From: Mytilus edulis
Lineage: Eukaryota
Direction: 5' to 3'
NCBI RefSeq assembly: GCF_963676685.1
Contig: NC_092344.1
Location: 109,430,001 to 109,494,000, forward strand
Length of the DNA stretch: 64,000 nt
The translations under genes were made by a program, and so were the position numbers. Shown piece after piece: positions 47,757 to 61,199 of this stretch. The stretch's first letter is position 1; every line of letters starts with the position of its first letter. The notes beneath the pieces are model-generated. The model was given only the letters and a program-made list of their open reading frames with translations. It had not been told where the DNA came from and did no database searches.

Positions 47757-50700
47757 ATATATTTTTCCAAATAATCATTTAGTTTACATCCCCTTTCTAC
47801 AAATATTTCTAACATAAGGACCCCTTCATTTTTTTAAAAGTGCAAATCAAGCTATCCACTGCTGGAACTGATACTGAACATAAATAAAAAATTACAAATT
47901 TCTTATTTTGGTCTGTGCTCCCCCTTTTTTGTTTTCACTTAGAAATTCTAATTAAGGATATAATTGGGCAGGTTACAGGTTTAAGGTACTGATGAAAACG
48001 TGTATTACCATATAACTGTATCTATTTGCTTTGACATGATCACTTGAAACAGTAATAGAAAGAAGAATTCTTCAGATTATTGTGAAATTTAAATTTCCCG
48101 CATGTAAACTTTTTACACAGAAGAGTTGTTTCCCTTGAACTTCCAAGCGAACAATTAAATTTAATGAAGGGACGGATTTTTTAATAGTTTGACATCATAA
48201 TACTTTAGGAATAATTATGAGAAAGTACTTGATAAATTTGTATGATTTATTTCGACTGTTTGTTTAATGAAATACTATACCTCATTTACATATATTCACT
48301 GCTGATTGGAATTTCCTCGACTTCCTCCCATGGCCAAAAATAATGACAAGGATTCTGTCAGGACGTAAAAAGAAGCTGTAAATTAATAATTAGTGACCTG
48401 CAAAGTAGTTTAAGTGGTTAATTGAAGTAACAATATGTTTATTAGTTGACGCATAGCGTTTATTCCGATCAAAAAGTCCCAGATTCAAAAAAGTTAAAAA
48501 AAATTGAAAAACGCGTTGCATTCCTGTCGCTTCTCTCTACGAGAGAAGCTCTACTGTGATAGTCGAGTTGACATATTTATAGACCCTCATTGATAGGATT
48601 TCAACCTCCTGTGATAAAATACAGGCTAGAAAATATGTAATAACAAAAGAAAAATATCGTTTCAAATATGATCAAAGTCTTCAGGAAAGGAGACATCTTA
48701 TTTAGATTAATATATATCTTTGATATATTTTCGAATTATTGACAAAGATTTTTGATGAATTTAGACAATATCTAGAAGATTTTATAAGATGTCGAATAAA
48801 GAATTGTTTTAAGATATTTTTTCTTTTATAGAATACTAGTATATAATTTAAAAGTATCTCATATAATATTTAGTATATCTTATAAAGAAAAGTTATATGA
48901 CCAGTAAAGTTATAAAGATGTATCTTTTAGAATATAAGTCATATTAAATGTTTAATAAATATGAGTATAGCGTGCCAGTGACTATACGGTGCTAAGTTAG
49001 TGTGCTTAGGAATACTTGTTTTATTGAACACCGTTATACTACCATGCCTTTATTCGTATTAAGAAAACTAGTCCCAGTTAAAGAGGAAATTACTACAATA
49101 TCTAGGATATTATAGCAGTATTTATGTATAATTTCATAAAACTATTGTTGACATTACCATTACTGATAAAAATACATTTTATATTACGATCATTTGTTAC
49201 GATCTAATGCCTGCTCTTAAATCCTGGATAAAACAATAGAACATTGAACACTTGCCTGTAGTCTGATTGTGATTTTTTTAGCTGTGATATTATAAATAAA
49301 ACCAAATATATGATGGTTTATGAAAATAGGATGGATTATTATAAGTTTGTTTTGAACAAGTGATATGAAAAGTTGTTGCTGAAAGTTGCCAGCTGTTATA
49401 TATATATGTTATAAAATATGATTTTCCTTTACAATTCTACGACGATGGTCGATTTCAATTCCTACACATTTGCCTTATTTTTTATTTTATTTTTCATAAA
49501 TTTTAATCAACTAGGTTTTAATATTTTGAATAGCACAGTTTGTTAGATATTTGTTTTGTTTGTTAATTTTAAAAGATATGATGCGTTTTACTTTGTTTAT
49601 TTTATTTTAGTTCATTTTACTTTTTTTATTCGACCTCGTCTCGTTACAATTTGTTTTTATTGTTATGTGATGCTACCACCTTTTTTACAATAGTCTCTTG
49701 CACTACTGTTGTTATCTTGTATATAAATGTTTTTGTCTTCCTGTTATATTCCTTGCCATTTCATGATTTTTATAACTTCCTTTCGATGAAAACGTTTTTT
49801 ACACGTACTTCATATGAAATGTAAATCGAGGATATATTAGAAAGAATTACTTCATTACTATTCGGTAAGCATAAGCGAAAACGTTTTATCTATTGAATAG
49901 CGTGTCTTGTTGACGTTGTATACAGTCGTCCTTGTTAAGTTTTATGATGTTAGATACTACAAAACAGGACAGGAAAATTATGTTATTCTCTCCAGTGTAA
50001 TAAAATTCATTAATTTGCATCAGTGTATTTATCTTAATGCGATTCTTACTCGAAAGTAGATCAGATGATCCCAACACCCTACATAGTAGCTATGCAATTA
50101 CTATTTCTCTCTAAGAATAGCTCTCTGCTCAGTCAAACACATTAGGAAGACGAATTCTGTTACTCCTGTTTTTTTTCAAATCTCAACTGATTTGTAAATA
50201 TTTCGATAAAAAAGAATCAAGAATTGTGGTCAATAGATACGCTTGTATAATAATAATGCGTTCTCTATTCGCAACCTGATAAGTTTACTTAAGATATTTA
50301 AATGCGTTTCATTACAATTTAAATCTATTTTACTAACCTTTTGCAAGGCATCATGTAAATTATTCCTGGAAATATTGCAAAATGTTAATTTCTATCAGTA
50401 AGTGTAAATTGAAACTATGAAATATAAAACTCGTTCTAAGAAACATCATATATTTAATATTTGTATAAACTCCTTTGAAATATCGAATTCGTCTAAACTG
50501 GACCATAAAACGGTGATCAAATGCTACCACGTCGGCACATTCGTACAACGCTGAACGATGTATAGATAAGTTAATGTCTATAATTAACGGACAACAATTT
50601 ACTTAACAACTTGGAATCCTTTAAATACAAAGATTTTAATTGTTTTCAAATAAGTAACCATGCTAAACATACTTCTTCACGGCATAATTGGTAAAACAAT

Positions 50701-53700
50701 AACATGTTATGTTTATAACAAGAATCATAACTTTAACAATATAGTGGTAAATGGAGTGTCAGCTATTCAGAAATTTTCATGTTACTGTTTGACTTTTGCT
50801 GATTGAGATTCATACATGTCGTTTAAATTGAATACATGTATATGATGTCAATAAAATATGTCCAAAAAACAAATTATATATGATGATAAGCATGAATTCT
50901 TCTGACTTGTATCAATACACATCCATTTCGTGTTTTGTGTGTGTCATTTTCACAGATTTGTAACAGTTTGTGTTAAATATAACTTTAATTTACAGATATT
51001 GTTATTTAATAATAAAAAGTATATCTGTTAAAGGGCAATACACCTATAAAGTACGTTGCTTTTTTCTCTGGTTCAGACATTCTGGCAAAAGCAATTTTTG
51101 TTTTACTGATATCGCTCGTGAAAGTTTAGATAGAATTTTGGTTTTACGAGAATGTTGACAATCAACTTGACATTTCTGATTATGATAATGAAAAATACTT
51201 TTTTGAAAAGTTTACAATTCATTATTTTTTCGTATTCATATTAAGATATATGTATAGATATCTTAATAAAAATTAAAACATGTGTTTCGACGGTTAAAAG
51301 CAATGTGGTATAGGACAACCTTGTCAGAAACATGAGAGTATTTACCAAATAAATGGTAGTCGAGTTTATATACTTTTAATTAAATAACCATTATGTGGAC
51401 ATTATCAAACTGTATAAAAGTGTATAACATAACCAAATATTGTAAATGGTTTACATAAAGCATCTTTTCATTGAAATCAAACAAACTTTTTTCTAGTACC
51501 AAATTGTACATTCATTCTTAAATTAGAAATTTTTACCTTGCATTATTATTAAATATTTATTATTGTTAAACTTAGTGTGTTTTATATATGTGAGTTTTTT
51601 ACTATTATTGAGTAACATTGTAATGAAAATACAAGTTAGGTCATTGAAGATTTATTCTAGACACATAAAAATTAATGAAAGAATGAATATTGCTTCTTAT
51701 TTATGCTCTCCTTTGGAATATACATGATCGAATGTTCAACAGTTTCTTATAGAATTAACAGCAAAATAGTAAGTTGTCCTTAAATCGAATGTTGAAACAC
51801 TGAAACCAAACCAATTTCAACTTAATTACACTGTATATTTTATTTCAAGTACTCACTTAAAGGATTTTCTCTCGTCCTCCATATGTCTTTGATTCTACAG
51901 AGAGTATTGTTTGGTTATGACGTCTAATTCCTCATTTTCCTCCTCTTCTGAGCGGATAAACATTTTTTCTTACTCGACTTCAGCATAACATATTGTGATA
52001 TATGTCATTTCGCTACGTCTTATCCTTATCAATTTTAAGAATTGTTGTATTGAAGGGTGATGCAAACTAAGATCTTTAACTAGGTCTGAGTCAAAGTTAA
52101 AGGATACTGTTGACTTCTTTTCATTCCTTTTGAAGTCAGCCTCATATTATTAAAGGAATTATAATGTCAGTTTCAGGAATTATTTGAATCGGAGTGATGT
52201 ATCCCTTCCTAAGACACGATGCATGTCAGACTAACCGTATTGTGTAAGGATTTTTCTCTGAGCTCTGAGAGTAATGCAATATCACGTTGCTTACAGATTC
52301 TTATAAGTAAAGTTTATTTGAAGGATTATAGATTTTAAAAGATGTTTAATGGACCGTACAAAAAAATTTCTTTGATACGACACATTTACATGAAAATTCG
52401 TCGATTTTAATGTATTGTCAATGAGACAGATAATCAATGTTTCAAATAAAAAAGGCCAACTTAGGGACTTTACCATTACATGTGCCAATACAAATGCAAA
52501 TTTGAATAAATACATTAACAGAATTTCCATTATCACAAAATTCCTCAAAAGACAAAACCAATACCACACATACACAGACTTTGGACAGTCACATAGAAAT
52601 TTATTTTACAACATGCGAGATTATTTATTTTATCTATGTAGCAACATATTAGCATCAACTACATTTGTTGTATACAATTTATTGCAGGACTAGTGTTAAC
52701 TATGATTTCTTTGATAGAGTAATGATGCAAGGAAAATTTCGACCAATGGATTTTAATGGCAAAATTAAAGCCATTTTTACGAAAATGAAACTGAGGCCAA
52801 ACGACAGGCATCACTAACGAATAAAACACTTGTCATTTGACTGGAGCACATGAGTTTATCCCATTTATTTAGGGGTTCATGTTGCTCGATTTTCTTTGTG
52901 TCATTTTTCTACGACTTATTTCTATGGTCATCCTCGTATCTGTTTCTTTTCTATCATATTATAAGACTAATCTAGTTATTTGAGTACTCAAACCTCCACT
53001 TTGAAATCTTTCTTCGTTTATATAAAACATGCCATACAAAATGTCTGAATAAATAATATTTTGTCAGATTTGCCAAAAGAATCCACTCATTTAGATAAAT
53101 GTGCCGTTTAAACATCAATTGAAATAACCATAAAGATATTTTACAACTGCCAATAAGACAACTATCCAGCAGATCCCAAAGTCAATATACAAATACGATG
53201 TAGTATGATTGCCAATGAGACAACTCCCCACCAGAGACCAAATCACATAGAAGGTTACAACTATAGGTCACCGTACGGCCTACAACAATGTCCAGATTCC
53301 ATACAACATAGTCAGCTATAAATACAGGCAACAGTAGTATACCGCTGTTCAAAACTCATAAATCCATGGACAAAAAACAAAAGGACCAAAAATTACCAAT
53401 GTTAAATAGTTCAAACGAGTAAACTAGCCGCCTGATATACTCTTTGGATATTGTACCTAGCATATTACATTAAGAATTCCGAGTTCATGTGACAGACTGA
53501 AAACAATGATTAAACAAATTTCTGGAAAAATCTGGACAGGCGTAATGAATATCATAATTGAGTGACCTTTATATGACATGTTTTCTATTATTTTTCAAAT
53601 ATACTGAAAACTGAAGAATACAACTTGTTAACGGGTTTTAGTCCTTCCATTCAATTAATACTTACATACCATTTAAGGTTGAACAACTCAATAATGTTAC

Positions 53701-55740
53701 AACAAACGATCACAATATGAGAGTTTTGTAGGCGTTTTAGAAATAAAATGTCAATAAAATCAAGTAGACAGAATCGTTAACGTGCAAACTTATAAAAGTT
53801 TTATACAAGAAACAGACATGATGGTACAATCTAACAGCGTTAAACGATTACTAAGTGAGGAATACTATCATATTTGCATCTAAATGATTCCAATTTGTTA
53901 TAGAAATTACTTGTTACAGTTTCTTTTCCAGAAAGACGGAGTCGATTTGTTGTAAAGAAGAATAAGATTGTGATTAAATTTTCAGGATTGATGAGATGGG
54001 CTTCTCTGAATAATGATTAAGTTTTAAAAAGCTATGGAATATTTCAAAAAATATCTATAGGGATTCATTTCAATTTTGTAAATGATTATTTAGATAATGT
54101 TTGATATAAGACAGTATCTACGTCTATATCAGCTTCGTTTTCTATATAGATGGCGATAAATTGAATATTAGGATAACATGCCAAATAAGATAGATACAAC
54201 TTCATGTTAACTGACATTAAATTCTTTTGTGATAAATGGAAGGAGATATTACAAAGTGGTAGAGACGAGCTTAATATGAAAATGGAAACCAGAACGTTTT
54301 TATTGGTGCAGTGAAGCAAGAAAACGGTTCCGTTGCTTGAGGAACAAATTGATCAACGTTGATTAAGTTGTCTGCGTCAAATATCAAAGCAACAAACCTA
54401 TAAATCAGAAGTCCGTCTAAGTAAAAATCTACACGCCATCTACTTCTTACATTTCACTGAATAACTCTCATTGATCTCCTGTCATATTCCAAGGCTAATC
54501 ATATCAAAATCCGAAACTGACGCAAGTATTTTCTTATCAGGTTACCACTGTATATACACAAGGTACTGATAATCGGTCGAGAAAATTTGTTGCAAACAAG
54601 AAAATGTATATACGGGCAACAAAAAATCTATATACCGATAATATTATAAAGAAGCAATGGAAAATTACTAATGTTCAAATTAAATTACCGATGTTTAATT
54701 CTCGTATATCGATTAGAAGTAGACAAATCAAGATTTTAAAAAAAGAAACTGAAAAATACAAAAGAAGGGGGAAATCTTAAGCATCGCAAGAAATCCTTAT
54801 TGAGGTAGACCAATGCATTAACAAGGTATAAGCATATCGCTCTCACACATTTGAAAAAAACTTGTGATTTTCCACTCATAAAAAATAATAAGCTGACAGA
54901 AGAAAGAATACACTGGGATCAAGATGGAATAAATCCCTTCTTATTAATCGTCTCGATGTTACTGAGTAGGTTTCTAATGTGACAAATGAAAAACAAAATA
55001 TCAGTTGAACTGATTTATTTTTTTAAAAGACTCACGATCTAGAAAAGCAATTTGGATAAAATACACATATTTTCATTGTGTCTTCATCAAGATAAAGAAA
55101 ATCATATATAAATCAGTACTAAACAGATGTTTCATTTGGGTTTTTTCACGATTTAAATTTAGAAAAGTCATAGTATGAATTACCTATATTATTTAATTTG
55201 TTTATTCTACTTGTTTGGTGTTTTTTAATTCTGTATCAAAAATTATGTTTGGTGATATTGAAACTCAAGTCCAGACGGTTGCTAGGTCATTGTTGATGGT
55301 TTACAACCATACATTTTATCTTAGTTTGTTGTTGTTATTCGATCTATCAATTTAAATGTTATATTAGAAAAGGACTAACCCTTTCAATGTATTATTACTT
55401 ATTACCAATTAGATATAGTTTGTAGGGTTGATTTACAGTCTAATACAATTCGTGTAGTATATTTCAAATCTTTTACTGAAACAACTATTTTACCTCTTTT
55501 AAAGTAGTGATATTATACCAACTTTTGAAGATGTAATAACTCTCGATAGGAAAAAATAAAATAATGAAAACGTTACGATTTTTATTTATATTTTTTTTGT
55601 CTTTAGAGTTCAGAGAATTAGTGGACAATAAAGGAATGACCATTTGGAAAGATAAAGTATATGGATAGTCAAGCTAGCACAGAGGTAGCTTTGACTTTGA
55701 GATACAATTGTACTATTTTTTATCATTGGAATGTATTTTA

Positions 55741-55961
55741 TTTAAGGAATGACTGTAATATTTTTTCTGTCTATGAAGAAATAACATTAAAAATTTGGTG
55801 CACACTGAATAACGCGCGTATCGTAAATTCCATTTTAAACCGTAGAAAACCATGAAAAAACGTTGATGACGTCACGGTCACATGACTAAATTATGTCTAT
55901 GGGCTCATAACAATATAACGTCAGCCAATCAGAAGACGCGTTACATCCAAAATTAAATTAT
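55741..55961. mobile_element. Short interspersed element with CCAAT/CRE-like motifs (possibly a Crypton-like non-autonomous element)
   Basis: Ends AGCCAATCAGAAGACGCGTTACATCCAAAATTAAATTATT; a degenerate inverted copy lies at about 3222-3285. Confidence 0.4.
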
Positions 55962-56227
55962 TTTAGTTTATTTATGATGGTCGTTTAACTGATGGTATGA
56001 CTCTTTTTTAAGGTTGTATGCACAAGTAAAAGCTAGAGGGGTATGGAAAATGTATACTCAAAATTTTCAAAAGACTTTTAAAATACGGGTATGCCAAGAA
56101 ATAAAATAAAGACTATTGGTAAACGTAATGATTGAACGTTAAAATCTAAATGACTGTAGGTAACTTAACATAAAAAAGGAGATGTGATGAGAAACAATTA
56201 TCAACTAAAAACACTTAACAATCTGTT

Positions 56228-56535
56228 AAAAAGTAAAATCACAAAAATAATGAAATCCGAGGAAAATTCAAAACGGAAAGTCCCAAATCAAATGGCAAAA
56301 TCAAAAGATAAAACACACCAAACAAATGGACAACAACTGTCATATTCCTGACTTTATACAGTCATTTTCTGATGTAGAAAATGGTGTATTGAACCTGGTT
56401 TTATATCACTTATCCTCTTACTTGTATAACAGTCGCATCAAATTTCATTATCTTGACAACGATTCGTGAACAAAACAGACATACTAGGTAAAGTTTTCAA
56501 AATAGGGGTGCAGTAGTCATCACAGTGTCACAATC
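56228..56535 (-). repeat. 3' tail fragment of the Penelope-like family seen at 10050-11000 (further copies at about 60035-60240 and, inverted, 60820-60955)
   Basis: AAAGTAAAATCACAAAAATA...GGAAAATTCAAAACGGAAAGTCCC matches 10055-10300. Confidence 0.8.
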
Positions 56536-58029
56536 TCAATCAGAACAAAAACAAACAAAACATAGAAGCAAAACAAAGCATATATCAAATTTAACAACCA
56601 CCTTCATTGCTTACTTATTTTTGTATCTTATTTAAGAATCTTAAAATTAACCCATAAAGGATTGAAATAGTTTAAGTCCTGTTACCGAATGGCTTAATCG
56701 GGCGCATAGCTTGGCAAATGCACATTAAGAACGATGCGATGTAAAACATATACGTGAACGCTCATCCATCCCCTTATCTTAGACAGTAGTGTAACATCAC
56801 ATCATAACATTAGATTTGATTTTTGCTATTCGTTTCTGCCTCATTTAGTTATATAGCTCTTTATGTATTGATCCATCGTTGTCTGTGCGTACCAGATAAA
56901 GAGAAATCAAGAAATGTGCATTTAAGATATAAAACTGCCAAACAATAATAAAACAGATATAAAACTAAGTGGGAAAAAATGAAATTCATTAAAAAACCAA
57001 TACTTATGAGATTACAAAAAAAGGCATAATCAGTAAATAACCAACAGCGCAAAACCCCCATTCATCAGCAGAAAACTTACAATCGTTACGTATTACAGTT
57101 ACCTACAACCCCTTTCTTCAGCACAAATATATAAAATACTGAACTAAAGTTCCAAAAGTCCAAAAATCCATTATTCAGCACATTGTTGTGTACCTACCAA
57201 AAGTTGGAGAACACATTCTTAAGCAAAATGATATGTACAAACAAATAGTTGAAGAATTCATTCGTCAGTGTATTGCGCTTATTAATTGACCGAGAGCTGA
57301 AGAACCAATTCTCCAGGAAAATTTTGCAGAAATTAAGGTTGATATTTGGCTGGGTTGGAGATCAAACAGCCATATCCCCATTTATTCATAGAGTATGGTA
57401 TTGTATAATTTAGAAAATTAATACGAGCACACACATACACATATTTTCTAGCGAAAAGCATTTCTACATTCAATAATATACCGTCATGCTATGTTTGCCC
57501 ATGCCTAGAAAATACCAGTGATTGTGTCATATCTCAAAGATTGTATCAATCTTAAATGGGCTATAGATAGTTTAGATGATCGGCAAGATACGAAGTGCAT
57601 GATTTTCATTTTAGTGCGTTTGAAATGTTGTTATAAATTGGTGCTGTAACATATGCACCGTTCAACTTTGTACTTTATTTGTATCTTTAAACTTGTATTG
57701 ATTCGAGTGTCACTGATAGAAAAACACATATACAAAATTTCAATCCTGGTATCTACGATGAGTTTATTGAGTAATGTTTTTATAAAAAAGAATCATTGTT
57801 CATTTGTTAAATCGACCCCTCCCCTTTCTATACACTTAACTCTGTTCAGTTATTGGACAAACATTGACTGTTTGCAGTCAGCCAGTATTATATAGATTTT
57901 GTCATAAGAGTATGTGTTTTTTTGTATCGAAACTTAGTAAGCAGAAATCGACACACAACATTTTTTTCTTTTATATGAAAACATTCATTATTTGAAGTCT
58001 CCTTTAAGATACCTAGCTTATTTGTTGAG

Positions 58030-58075
58030 ACGTCAGACGCGCGTTTCATTCAATAAGACTCATCAGTTACTTTCG
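58030..58075 (-). ncRNA. Hammerhead-like motif, core intact but stems I and II weakened
   Basis: Minus strand AAAGTAA CTGATGA GTCTTATTGAAT GAAAC GCGC GTC TGACGT. Confidence 0.5.
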
Positions 58076-58270
58076 AATCAAAATAGTTTTAAAAAACCCA
58101 CATCGTAAACTATAATATAAGAGAATTCCTGCCTTTGTAAATAAACATTGATAGTACTAATGTATTGCTTTCATTTGATCTTTTCAAAATTTGATAAAAC
58201 TAATTTTCTGGTATGTAAAAATCGTACTGGAAAATTTGGAAACATTAATCAATACGCATTGAAAGCATAT

Positions 58271-59356
58271 AAAACAAGAATGTGTCCAAAATACACGGAT
58301 GCCCCACTGAATCATTGTCCATGTTCCATGGACCGTGAAATAGGGTAAAAATCTAATTTGGCATTAAAATTAGAAGGATTATACTATAGGGAACATGTGT
58401 TCTAAGTTTCAAGTTGATTTGACTTCAATTTCATCAAAAACTACCTTGACCAAAAACTTTAACCTGAAACTTCCATTTTCATTTTTATGCCCCACCTACG
58501 ATAGTAGAGGGGCATTATGTTTTCTGGTCTGTGCGTCCGTTCGTTCGTCCGTCCGTCCGTCCGTCTGTCCCGCTTCAGGTTAAAGTTTTTGGTCGAGGTA
58601 GTTTTTGATGAAGTTGAAGTCCAATCGACTTCAAACTTGGTACACATGTTCCCTATGATATGATCTTTCTAATTTTAATGCCAAATTAGAGATTATACCC
58701 CAATTTCACGGTCCACTGAACATAGAAAAGGATAGTGCGAGTGGGGCATTCGTGTACTGAGGACACATTCTTGTTTATGTTAAGTGGACCGTGAAATTGG
58801 GGTCAAAAGTCTAATTTGGCTTTAAAATTAGAAAGATCATATCATACGCAAACAAGTGTACTAACTTTCAAGTTGATTGGACTTCAGCTTCATCAAAAAC
58901 TACCTTGACCTGAAACTCCCACTTTCATTTTCTATGTTCAATGGACCGTGAAATTGGGGTCAAAAGTCTAATTTGGGTTTAAAATTAGAAAGATCATATC
59001 ATAAGCAACAAGTGTACCAAGTTATAAGTTGATTGGACTTCAGCTTCATCAGAAACTACCTTGACCAAAAACTTTAACCTGAAACTCCCTCTTTCATTTT
59101 CTATGTCCAATAGACCGTGAAATTGGGGTCAAAAGTATAATTTGGCTTTAAAATTAGAAAGATCATATCATTAGCAACTAGTGTACCAAGTTATAAGTTG
59201 ATTGGACTTCAGATTCATCAAAAACTACCTTGACCAAAAACTTTAACCTGAAGCAGGACGAACGAACGAACGAACGAACGGACGGACGGACGGACGAACG
59301 GAGCCACAGACCAGAAAACATAATGCCCCTCTATTATCGTAGGTGGGGCATAAAAA
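58271..59356 (+). mobile_element. Helentron-associated element with four ~169-bp units and a (GAAC/GGAC)n microsatellite
   Basis: 5' AACAAGAATGTGTCC...ATGCCCCAC, units at 58330, 58786, 58943 and 59112, 3' hairpin ATGCCCCTCTA...TAGGTGGGGCAT followed by an A-run. Confidence 0.88.
58482..58775 (-). mobile_element. Single-unit copy of the same Helentron-associated family, inserted inverted into the larger copy
   Basis: TTTTTATGCCCCACCTACG...GGACACATTCTTGTT is a complete reverse-complement copy placed in the T-run of unit 1. Confidence 0.88.
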
Positions 59357-61199
59357 CAAGTTGTGATAAAAATATGATTGAATCAATTTCTATTTAAGGA
59401 AAAGACGACTCAATGCTTTCGTCAAATGTGTACAATTTTGTGACTGGATACATTTAATCTAACTATCCTAAAGGTTAACAGGGGTGAAAAAATACGGTCA
59501 TCTGAACTTTCTTGCCGGGATACCTAGGCTAAGAGATCTTAAGAGGGATGACGATATGGTTGTACAGGTTGTGATGGATACGTATTCAAGTCCATTCGTA
59601 TCATATGAAGATAATTTCACCCTATCTTATATTTAAATATATTTAAATTTCTGTTTTCCAGTATGAATGTTCAAAAATTTGTTGAAGTTTGCTGTAACGG
59701 CTGGTCTGAAATATAATCTTTTGCTATAGATGAGACACTTAAAATATTTTGTTCAGTTTAGTTTTTAATGAATATTCATATAGTAAGGTTGTACATTTCG
59801 CATTTGCACATGATGGATTCTGAAGTAACATTGTTCATGTGTGAATCGTCCCCCCCCCCCACTTATATATTGTTTTCTCTATTTCTATTCATTGATTGAA
59901 CAACAATCGACCGTTTTCAGTCAGTCAGCTTAGACGTCTTTTTGTCATGGTTGAGTGTGTGTCATTTTTTAAAGTCTCGATACTTAATTGACGGAAATCT
60001 ATACTCAATTTTAGTGATATATATTCTCTATAGGGAAAAGTAACATAACAAAAAATACCGAAATCCGAAGAAAATTCAAAGCGGGAAGTCCCGAAGCAAA
60101 TTGCAAATTCAAAAGCTCAAACACACCAAACGAATTGATAACAATTGTTATATTTCTCACTCAGAACAGTCATTTTCTTATGTTAAAAATGGTGTGAAAT
60201 AAACCTGGTTTTATAGCTAGCTAAACCTCTTATGTATGAAACCATTCATTGTTGTTTTATGTATGTTTGACACATTATTTGGTCTTTTCAACATGTTTTG
60301 TTTCGAGCGTCACTGATGAGTCTTTTGTAAACGAAAATTGCAATCTATGATGAGTTTAATAATTAATTCGATTAAGAGTATTGAGCACATTTGAATCTAA
60401 GCATTTGAATATTCGTATATATGCCTGATCATATTATGTTATGTTGTAAAACGGCACCAATGCACTGTAAATGAATCCTTATTAAAATGCCACTCCCTTT
60501 GAATTGTTGCCAAAAATTAATAGATAATGATTGAGGGTGGGGGGGGGAGTTAAACGACCTTGACTTCCCATGTAGGTGTTGCACGGTAGAAAAAACTAAT
60601 AGAGATGAAGACAAAAAGATTATTTAGTGCTACTTATATGCAAAGGGTGATAACTCGATCTATTATATATTTATTACTTTTTAAATACCAAAGTGCATAC
60701 ATTAAAACGCCTTTAGCAAATGAACAGAACAAAGAGAGCAGTCAATGATAAAAGTCAAAGGAGAAAAGATACAAACATGACAGACGTAAACTTCGTACAA
60801 TCCACAATTTCTAATTTGAAAATGCATGTACCAAGTCAGGAATATGACAGTGATTCGTTTGATGTGTTTTATTATTTGATTTTGTCATTTGATTAGGGAC
60901 TTTCCGTTTTGAATTTTTCTCGAAGTTCAGTATTTTTGTTACTTTACTTTTTTCGTACTATAAGGCATCTGTATACAAAGTATGAAGGAACCATGTCTTC
61001 CGCCTTATAAAATATAAAGCTTGTAAGAAGTTAGTTAACGCCTCCGCAGCCGCCGCTGGATCACTATCTCTATGTCGAACTTACTGCCACAAAATTCAAA
61101 GTTCTAGAAAGTAAGTTCAAATTACTCTACCTGTTGACATGAAATCATGCAATCTTACACTTAATTCATTTAATAAATTTCATGAAGCAATGTCATAAA

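Larger units (their letters stand above)
37836..48613. mobile_element. 10.8-kb long-TIR (foldback) DNA transposon, P/Galileo-like, non-autonomous, with cargo
   Basis: TIRs 37836-38157 and 48292-48613 (322 bp, one mismatch seen), termini CACAG...CTGTG, 7-bp TSD ATAAAAT at 37829-37835 and 48614-48620. Confidence 0.93.
37523..48977. mobile_element. Older AT-rich TIR element (about 0.68 kb of its own sequence) split by the 10.8-kb insertion
   Basis: TGGCACGCTGTATTTATATTTATT at 37523 is the inverted match of AATAAATATGAGTATAGCGTGCCA ending 48977. Both halves are rich in AGATAT subrepeats. Confidence 0.6.

Noticed and set aside
54200-54550. Protein-like frame with scattered stops (also about 57170-57390 and 20034-20309)
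   Set aside because: No recognisable motifs. Cannot be distinguished from chance without a database search.
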